Origin: a virus
Taxonomy: Duplodnaviria > Heunggongvirae > Uroviricota > Caudoviricetes
Virus record (IMG/VR): IMGVR_UViG_2667527792_000010
Strand: one strand, 5' to 3'
Length of the DNA stretch: 4,689 nt
Made by a program: the position numbers and the translations under genes. This document shows, piece after piece, positions 1-4,689 of the stretch (position 1 is the first letter of the stretch; each line of letters starts with the position of its first letter). The notes beneath the pieces were generated by a model. The model saw only the letters and a list, made by a program, of their open reading frames with translations, made no database searches and was not told the origin of the DNA.

Positions 1-399
1 ATGTACGTGATGCTGTGGCGCATTGATGCCGGAGATTATGCAGGGGCGCTGGAGATCGGGCGTCATGCCCTGCGTCATGGCTGGGTGATGCCGCTGGGTA
101 ACCGCAACGTGCAGACCGTGCTGGCAGAGGAAATGGCAGACGCGGCGCAGAGCGCAATGCTTGCCGCCACCGGCTTTGATGCCGATCTGTTGCTGCAGAC
201 GCTGGAGCTGACAGACGGTCTGGATATGCCGGACCAGTCACGGGCGCGTCTGCATAAAGCGATTGGCGCTGTCCTGAGTGAAAGCAACCCGGCTTCCGCC
301 CTTAATCATCTCAACCATGCGTTACAGCTCGATCCTCGCTGTGGCGTGAAAAAAGACAAACAGCAGCTGGAGCGCAGACTGCGCAATGACAGCCGCTGA
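1..399 (+). CDS. M: Phage terminase endonuclease subunit (P2 gpM-like), C-terminal part; probably 5'-truncated by the window edge
   Basis: Open frame from position 1 to TGA at 397-399. The translation resembles the C-terminal region of P2-family terminase small/endonuclease subunits, and the gene sits directly upstream of gpL and gpX homologs as in P2. The window happens to begin with ATG, but the expected protein is longer (about 240 aa), so the true start is likely upstream. Confidence 0.7.
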   Translation: MYVMLWRIDAGDYAGALEIGRHALRHGWVMPLGNRNVQTVLAEEMADAAQSAMLAATGFDADLLLQTLELTDGLDMPDQSRARLHKAIGAVLSESNPASALNHLNHALQLDPRCGVKKDKQQLERRLRNDSR

Positions 400-404
400 C
401 AGAA

Positions 405-429
405 CGTGCCCCCGCGCACGGGCGGCACG
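405..429 (+). other. GC-rich nested inverted repeat (potential RNA hairpin) in the M-L intergenic region
   Basis: Seen directly: CGTGCC (405-410) pairs with GGCACG (424-429), and CCCG (411-414) pairs with CGGG (419-422), around a CGCA loop with a one-base bulge. There is no downstream U-run, so it is not a canonical intrinsic terminator. Confidence 0.3.
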
Positions 430-494
430 GGGTGGCGAAAGGCACTGCCACATCAAAACCCCGTCCACCGCCCTCTATTTCAGGAGAAAGCAGC

Positions 495-959
495 ATGAAG
501 TTTGTTGCGCCAGAACAGGCACCAGAACAGGCGGAAATCATCAGGAATACGCCGTTCTGGCCTGATGTGGACCTGTCGGAGTTTCGCAGCGTGATGCGCA
601 CTGACGGCACGGTGACGCAGCCGCGTTTAAAGCAGGTTGCGCTGTCGGCAATTTCGGAGGTCAACGCAGAGCTGTATGAGTTTCGCAGACGCCAGCAGAT
701 GCTGGGGTATGCCTCGCTGGCAGAAGTTCCGGCGGAACAGCTGGACGGCAAAAGTGAGCGCATTCAGCACTATTTCAACGCGGTTTACTGCTGGGCACGC
801 GCCATGCTCAACGAACGATACCAGGACTATGACGCCACGGCGTCCGGTGTGAAGCGGGGCGAGGAACTGGCGGAAGCAAGCGGTGATTTGTGGCGTGACG
901 CCCGCTGGGCCATCAGCCGGGTGCAGGATGCGCCGCACTGCACAGTGGAGCTTATCTGA
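495..959 (+). CDS. L: Phage head completion/stabilization protein (P2 gpL-like)
   Basis: ATG at 495 is preceded by AGGAG (483-487) at 7-nt spacing; stop TGA at 957-959 overlaps the next start (TGATG). Position between M and X matches P2 order. The ORF track extends the frame to a GTG at 432, which lacks an RBS and lies immediately after the hairpin, so the 495 start is preferred. Confidence 0.7.
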   Translation: MKFVAPEQAPEQAEIIRNTPFWPDVDLSEFRSVMRTDGTVTQPRLKQVALSAISEVNAELYEFRRRQQMLGYASLAEVPAEQLDGKSERIQHYFNAVYCWARAMLNERYQDYDATASGVKRGEELAEASGDLWRDARWAISRVQDAPHCTVELI

Positions 960-1162
960 TGAAAGTGCGTGCGCATCAGTATGACACGGTGGACGCGCTT
1001 TGCTGGCGTCATTACGGGCGCACGCAGGGGGTCACGGAGCAGGTACTGAAGGCAAATCCGGGGCTTGCCGAATACGGCCCCTTTTTACCTCACGGGCTGC
1101 AGGTGGAGCTGCCGGACATTCCGACCACCACCACCGTGCAGACCGTCCAGCTATGGGACTGA
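959..1162 (+). CDS. X: Phage tail protein X (P2 gpX-like)
   Basis: 67-aa ORF, the same length as P2 gpX as I recall it, with a Phage_tail_X-like N-terminus (MKVRAHQYDTVDALCWRHYG). Start overlaps the L stop; conserved position before the lysis cassette. Confidence 0.8.
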   Translation: MKVRAHQYDTVDALCWRHYGRTQGVTEQVLKANPGLAEYGPFLPHGLQVELPDIPTTTTVQTVQLWD

Positions 1163-1165
1163 ATT

Positions 1166-1381
1166 ATGACGCTTGAGCGAATCAGCGCCTTTATCACGTA
1201 TTGCATCGCCGTCGTGCTGGCCTGGCTGGGCGATTTGTCCATCAAGGATGCCTCAACGCTGGGCGGTCTGATGATTGGTGTACTGATGCTGGCTATCAAC
1301 TGGTACTACAAACACAAATCCTACCTGCTTCTGCGCGACGGGCAGATCTCGCGGGAGGACTATGAATCCATCAATCGTTAA
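1166..1381 (+). CDS. Small class-II holin, candidate pinholin
   Basis: 71-aa product with two hydrophobic segments (SAFITYCIAVVLAWLG and LGGLMIGVLMLAINWYY) and a charged C-terminal tail (RDGQISREDYESINR). It lies immediately upstream of, and overlaps by 20 nt, a SAR-type endolysin gene. Size and topology resemble the phage 21 S21 pinholin class rather than the 93-aa P2 Y holin. Confidence 0.6.
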   Translation: MTLERISAFITYCIAVVLAWLGDLSIKDASTLGGLMIGVLMLAINWYYKHKSYLLLRDGQISREDYESINR

Positions 1382-1874
1382 ACGCTGCCTTGTCGGGGCC
1401 GTGCTGGCTATTGCTGCCACGCTGCCGGGTTTTCAGCAGCTTCACACCTCCGTGGAGGGGCTGAAACTGATTGCTGATTACGAAGGCTGTCGTCTGCAGC
1501 CGTATCAGTGCAGCGCGGGTGTCTGGACCGACGGCATTGGTAATACATCGGGCGTCATTCCCGGCAAAACAATCACGGAACGACAGGCAGCAGAAGGGCT
1601 GATCTCCAACGTGCTGCGTGTGGAGCGGGTACTGGAAAGGTGTGTGAAGCAACTGCCACCACAGAAGGTGTATGACGCTACGGTGTCGTTTGCCTTCAAC
1701 GTGGGGACGGGCAATGCCTGCAGCTCCACGCTGGTGAAATTGCTCAATCAGCGGCGCTGGGCGGATGCGTGCCGACAGTTGCCGCGCTGGGTTTATGTAA
1801 AAGGTGTGTTTAATCAGGGGCTGGATAACCGCCGTGCGCGGGAGATGGCCTGGTGTTTACAGGGAGCAAACTGA
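1362..1874 (+). CDS. SAR endolysin, T4 E-like lysozyme of the P1 Lyz / phage 21 R type
   Basis: GGGAGGA precedes the ATG at 1362. The N-terminus is a weakly hydrophobic, Gly/Ala-rich signal-anchor-release segment (KRCLVGAVLAIAATLPG). This is followed by a lysozyme catalytic region (VEGLKLIADYEGCRLQPYQCSAGVWTDGIGNT, with candidate E32/D39/T56 triad) and a C-terminal FNVGTGN...TLVKLLNQ...W motif, all closely resembling P1 Lyz and R21. Confidence 0.85.
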   Translation: MNPSIVKRCLVGAVLAIAATLPGFQQLHTSVEGLKLIADYEGCRLQPYQCSAGVWTDGIGNTSGVIPGKTITERQAAEGLISNVLRVERVLERCVKQLPPQKVYDATVSFAFNVGTGNACSSTLVKLLNQRRWADACRQLPRWVYVKGVFNQGLDNRRAREMAWCLQGAN

Positions 1875-1875
1875 A

Positions 1876-2253
1876 ATGAAAAAGAAATTAATCAGCGGAC
1901 TGTTTCTGATGTTATGGATGGCGCTGTTAATCGCAGCAATGGTGTATCCGCAGGGGATTTTTCCGGTACTGGCAGCGTCCGGCGTTTGGGTAGCCTGTTT
2001 GCTGACATGGGCGGTAATTCCGGTAGCACTGGCTGCGTTAATTAAGAATGGCCCGCTCTGGCAGGAGTTAAGGGCATCTTTACTGAAGACAATTACCCGA
2101 AAAGAAAACGTATTTATCAGTTGGGTGATGCGATTGCTGATTGTTGTAAGTCTCGCCTGGACGGGGTGGGCTATTACCCTGGTCTTTTATCTACTGACCG
2201 TTATTGCCTTCTGGATCACCCGTAATCAGATGGCGCAACAGGTAGCAGCATGA
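1876..2253 (+). CDS. lysA: LysA-like polytopic membrane protein (putative lysis-timing regulator or antiholin)
   Basis: ATG at 1876 (MKKKLISG...) lies 1 nt after the lysozyme stop, with GGGAG at 1862-1866. The product is 125 aa with about four hydrophobic transmembrane segments. Its position between endolysin and spanins matches P2 lysA. The ORF-track start at 1804 would overlap the lysozyme and lacks support. Confidence 0.55.
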   Translation: MKKKLISGLFLMLWMALLIAAMVYPQGIFPVLAASGVWVACLLTWAVIPVALAALIKNGPLWQELRASLLKTITRKENVFISWVMRLLIVVSLAWTGWAITLVFYLLTVIAFWITRNQMAQQVAA

Positions 2254-2678
2254 ACCGGTTGCTGCTGGTTGTGCTGGCGTTATTACTGGCGGCGCTGGGC
2301 TGGCAGACGTGGCGGCTGGCTGATGCCAGCCAGACCATTAGCACGCAGGCAGACGAGCTGCAGAGCAAAAGCCAGGCACTGGCAAAGAGCAACAGCCAGC
2401 TTATCAGCCTGTCCATTCTGACTGAAACCAATAACCGGGAGCAGGCGCGGCTCTATGCCGAAGCAGAACAGACCAGCGCGCTGCTGAGACAACGACAACA
2501 CCGGATCGAGGAACTGAAACGTGAGAACGAGGATTTACGCCGCTGGACTGATACTCCTTTGCCTGCTGACATTATCCGGCTGCGGGAACGTCCGACGCTC
2601 ACCGGAGGTGCAGCTTATCGTCAGTGGTTGTCCGCGAGTGACACCGTGTCGGCTGGATCAGGCAGAGCCGCGCACTAA
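2250..2678 (+). CDS. lysB: LysB, Rz-like inner-membrane spanin (i-spanin)
   Basis: ATGA overlap with the lysA stop. N-terminal transmembrane anchor (LLLVVLALLLAALGW) followed by a long charged, Gln/Glu/Arg-rich predicted coiled-coil region. 142 aa; position matches P2 lysB. Confidence 0.7.
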   Translation: MNRLLLVVLALLLAALGWQTWRLADASQTISTQADELQSKSQALAKSNSQLISLSILTETNNREQARLYAEAEQTSALLRQRQHRIEELKRENEDLRRWTDTPLPADIIRLRERPTLTGGAAYRQWLSASDTVSAGSGRAAH

Positions 2679-2811
2679 CGGTGATCTGAACGCGTTGTTG
2701 GATGAAACGGAGGCCGCCTGGGCGGTCTGTGCAGACAAAGTGGACATGATTATTGCGTGTCAGGAGCAAAACAGTGAACAAACCACAATCCCTGCGCCAC
2801 GCCCTCAATAA
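2521..2811 (+). CDS. lysC: LysC, Rz1-like outer-membrane lipoprotein spanin (o-spanin), in an alternative frame overlapping lysB and R
   Basis: GTG at 2521 is preceded by GAGGA (2508-2512). The product opens with a lipoprotein signal peptide (MRTRIYAAGLILLCLLTLSG|C) with lipobox L-S-G-C, and the mature part is Pro/Cys-containing. The frame starts inside lysB and ends at TAA 2809-2811, inside the start of R. Confidence 0.65.
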   Translation: MRTRIYAAGLILLCLLTLSGCGNVRRSPEVQLIVSGCPRVTPCRLDQAEPRTNGDLNALLDETEAAWAVCADKVDMIIACQEQNSEQTTIPAPRPQ

Positions 2812-3205
2812 AGCGGTGCCTTATGTCCGCAATAACCCGGACAAACTGCATCTGTTTGTGGATAACGGTTCGCTGGTTGCCACGGGGGCCAGCTCCATGT
2901 CGTGGGAGTACCGTTACACCCTGAACGCGGTGATTGAGGATTTCAGCGGCGACCAGAATCTGCTGATGGCCCCGGTTTTGCTGTGGCTGAGGGATAACCA
3001 GCCCGATGCCATCAATAACCCGGCGTTACGGGAAAAACTATTCACCTTTGAGGTGGATATTCTGCGCAACGATGTCTGTGATATCAGCCTGAACCTGCAA
3101 CTGACGGAGCGTGTGCTGGTCAGCACTGACGGTAGTGTGTCGAGTGTTGAAGCTATAGCGGAACCTGATGAACCTGAAGAAATGTGGACGGTGAAACGTG
3201 GCTGA
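2774..3205 (+). CDS. R: Phage tail completion protein R (P2 gpR-like)
   Basis: GTG at 2774 with AGGAG (2762-2766) at 7-nt spacing. The N-terminus (VNKPQSLRHALNKAV...NPDKLHLFVDNGS) resembles P2 gpR as I recall it. Conserved position after the lysis cassette. The ORF-track TTG at 2753 is an in-frame upstream alternative, less likely. Confidence 0.8.
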   Translation: MNKPQSLRHALNKAVPYVRNNPDKLHLFVDNGSLVATGASSMSWEYRYTLNAVIEDFSGDQNLLMAPVLLWLRDNQPDAINNPALREKLFTFEVDILRNDVCDISLNLQLTERVLVSTDGSVSSVEAIAEPDEPEEMWTVKRG

Positions 3206-3644
3206 ACTGCAGAAGGTGGACGACTGGCTGAGTGCCTTGCTGGCGAATCTGGAACCAGCCACGAGAAGCCGCATGATGCGCCAGCTGGCGCAGGAACTGC
3301 GCCGGACACAGCAGCAGAATATCAGGATGCAGCGCAATCCAGATGGCAGCAGTTATGAACCGCGCAGGGTAACAGCACGCAGCAAGAAGGGGCGCATCAA
3401 ACGTCAGATGTTTGCAAAGCTGCGCACCACAAAATACCTGAAAACTGCCGCCAGCACCGACTCTGCCAGCGTGCAGTTTGAAGGCAAGGTGCAGCGCATT
3501 GCCCGCGTTCACCATTACGGCCTGCGAGATCGCGTCAGTCGTAAGGGACCGGAGGTGCGTTACGCAGAGCGTCGCCTTCTGGGTGTAAATGATGATGTTG
3601 AGGCAATGACCCGCGACATGATTCTGCAATGGCTGGCGGGGTGA
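3198..3644 (+). CDS. S: Phage tail completion / virion morphogenesis protein S (P2 gpS-like)
   Basis: GTG at 3198 overlaps the R stop by 8 nt. The 148-aa basic product is close to the roughly 150 aa I recall for P2 gpS. Position between R and V matches P2 order. The exact start is uncertain because the RBS is weak. Confidence 0.75.
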   Translation: MAELQKVDDWLSALLANLEPATRSRMMRQLAQELRRTQQQNIRMQRNPDGSSYEPRRVTARSKKGRIKRQMFAKLRTTKYLKTAASTDSASVQFEGKVQRIARVHHYGLRDRVSRKGPEVRYAERRLLGVNDDVEAMTRDMILQWLAG

Positions 3645-3648
3645 TCTT

Positions 3649-3666
3649 TGTATCAGCACTGATACA
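3649..3666 (+). promoter_or_regulatory. TGT-N12-ACA dyad, candidate Ogr/Delta-type activator site of the P2 late promoter for the V-W-J operon
   Basis: Seen directly: TGT (3649-3651), 12 nt (ATCAGCACTGAT, itself palindromic), ACA (3664-3666), in the 68-nt S-V gap. P2 late promoters are reported to carry a TGT-N12-ACA element centred near -55 and to lack a -35 hexamer; the S-V gap is the expected location of the V promoter. Confidence 0.5.
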
Positions 3667-3712
3667 AGTTGCAGCACTGCCGCCTTTCTTCCCCTGATGG
3701 CAACCTTTCCCT

Positions 3713-4291
3713 ATGAACGCACAATTAACCGAAATCATGCGCCTTATCACCAACCTGATCCGCACAGGGGTAGTCACCGAAGTGGACAGGGAAAACTGGC
3801 TTTGCCGGGTGAAAACGGGCGAGCTTGAAACCAACTGGATCAGCTGGCTGACGCTGCGTGCCGGGAATGCCCGTACATGGTGGCGACCATCGGAAGGTGA
3901 GCAGGTGGTGCTGCTGAGTCTGGGCGGCAATCTGGAAACCGCCTTTGCGCTGCCCGCTGTCTATTCGAATCAGTTCGCACCACCGTCGACGTCGGCGGAC
4001 GCCTGCGTGACAGAACATCCTGACGGTGGCTGGTTTGAATACGAACCCGCCACCGGGCGCTGGTATGTCAGGGGCATCAAATCCATGGTCATTGAGGCTG
4101 CTGACAACATCACCATGAAAACCAGTGAGTTTGTACTGGAGGCTGACCGCACGCGCATTAACAGCGAAGTGGTGATCAATGGTGGCGTTACCCAGGGCGG
4201 CGGAGCGATGAGTTCTAACGGGATCGTGGTTGATGCGCATCAGCATACTGGCGTCCTGAAAGGCGGCGATACAACCGGAGGCCCGATATGA
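3713..4291 (+). CDS. V: Phage baseplate assembly protein V (P2 gpV-like baseplate spike)
   Basis: 192-aa ORF. The N-terminal region (LIRTGVVTEVDRENWLCRVKTGELETNWISWLTLRAGNARTWWRPSEGEQVVLL) is characteristic of the Phage_base_V family and resembles P2 gpV as I recall it. The first in-frame start is ATG 3713, immediately after an in-frame TGA; no Shine-Dalgarno sequence is visible upstream. Confidence 0.85.
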   Translation: MNAQLTEIMRLITNLIRTGVVTEVDRENWLCRVKTGELETNWISWLTLRAGNARTWWRPSEGEQVVLLSLGGNLETAFALPAVYSNQFAPPSTSADACVTEHPDGGWFEYEPATGRWYVRGIKSMVIEAADNITMKTSEFVLEADRTRINSEVVINGGVTQGGGAMSSNGIVVDAHQHTGVLKGGDTTGGPI

Positions 4292-4689
4292 CGCTTTATA
4301 GCGGGATGAACAATACCAGCGGCAAAGTCATTACTGATATTGATCATCTGCGCCAGTCGGTGCGGGACATTCTGCTGACACCGCAGGGTAGCCGTATTGC
4401 CCGCCGGGAATATGGTTCCCTGCTGTCGGCACTGATAGATCAGCCACAAAATCCGGCATTACGCCTGCAGGTCATGTCGGCAGTGTATGTGGCGCTGAGT
4501 CGCTGGGAGCCACGGTTGACGCTGGATTCCATCACCATCAACAGCAATTTTGACGGTTCAATGGTGGTGGAGCTGACCGGGCGGCGGAATAACGGTGTGC
4601 CTGTGTCCCTTTCCGTATCGGCTGAAAGGCAGCCAGAAAATCAGTGCCACAAACAAAGCAATGAGCCAGAACAGCGGATCGCGCAACAT
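4288..4689 (+). CDS. W: Phage baseplate protein W (GPW/gp25 family), 3' end beyond the window
   Basis: ATG at 4288 overlaps the V stop (ATGA). The translation ([46 protein letters not shown]...) matches the GPW/gp25 family. The frame stays open for 134 codons to the window end, so the stop is not observed. Confidence 0.8.
   Translation, partial: MTLYSGMNNTSGKVITDIDHLRQSVRDILLTPQGSRIARREYGSLLSALIDQPQNPALRLQVMSAVYVALSRWEPRLTLDSITINSNFDGSMVVELTGRRNNGVPVSLSVSAERQPENQCHKQSNEPEQRIAQH

Noticed and set aside
432-494. Extended GTG start for gene L given in the ORF track
   Set aside because: It has no ribosome-binding site and starts immediately after the intergenic hairpin, whereas ATG 495 has a strong AGGAG at ideal spacing.
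311-763. 150-aa minus-strand ORF spanning the M-L junction, plus other minus-strand ORFs of 60-130 aa across the window
   Set aside because: All are antisense to conserved + strand phage genes, with low-complexity Ser/Arg/Cys-rich translations, and none fits the co-directional late operon.
1124-1135. (ACC)4 trinucleotide tract inside gene X, encoding TTTT
   Set aside because: It is short and in-frame, so any slippage would add or remove Thr without a frameshift. There is no evidence of phase-variable function.
1804-1875. Extended start for the LysA-like ORF (MCLIRGW...)
   Set aside because: It would overlap the 3' end of the lysozyme gene by about 70 nt without an RBS. ATG 1876 follows GGGAG and begins with a typical basic n-region (MKKK) before the first membrane span.
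3645-3668. Inverted repeat TTGTATCAG / CTGATACAA as a rho-independent terminator after gene S
   Set aside because: It is not followed by a U-rich tract and coincides exactly with a TGT-N12-ACA late-promoter motif, so a promoter or activator-site interpretation is preferred.
3153-3677. 174-aa ORF on the minus strand, antisense to gene S
   Set aside because: It lies entirely within the well-supported + strand S gene and has no recognisable motifs or RBS. Long antisense ORFs are expected by chance in GC-rich coding DNA.
3725-4246. 173-aa ORF on the minus strand, antisense to gene V
   Set aside because: Shadow ORF opposite a confidently identified baseplate V gene. Its composition is Arg/Gly/Pro-rich, typical of antisense translation of GC-rich genes.
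1-4689. Search for CRISPR repeats, tRNA/ncRNA genes, integrase or att sites, toxin-antitoxin or other defence modules
   Set aside because: No direct-repeat arrays, no tRNA-like structures and no unexplained intergenic space were found apart from the 95-nt M-L gap and the 68-nt S-V gap. Every substantial + strand ORF is accounted for by conserved phage late functions.

Overview
This window reads as one uninterrupted, co-directional (+ strand) late-gene block of a P2-like (Peduovirus-type) temperate phage or prophage, with GC content and codon usage consistent with an enterobacterial host. Gene order, from 5' to 3': 3' part of the terminase endonuclease subunit (gpM-like), head completion protein (gpL-like), tail protein X, a five-gene lysis cassette (small class-II holin, SAR-type T4-like lysozyme, LysA-like polytopic membrane protein, overlapped LysB/LysC spanin pair), tail completion proteins R and S, a short gap carrying a TGT-N12-ACA dyad typical of activator-dependent P2 late promoters, then baseplate proteins V and W (W runs off the 3' end). 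Genes are tightly packed with ATGA/TGATG junctions. I see no tRNA/rRNA, CRISPR array, integrase, IS element or att-like repeat, and no inserted cargo or defence genes: every sizeable + strand ORF is accounted for by the conserved P2 late-gene synteny. I therefore do not find support for an undescribed system here. The most notable points are the mosaic lysis cassette (pinholin-like holin plus P1 Lyz-like SAR endolysin), the three-gene overlap at the spanin locus, and the late-promoter dyad whose spacing suggests a very short or absent leader for V. All homology statements come from reading the translated ORFs against remembered protein families; no database search was run.
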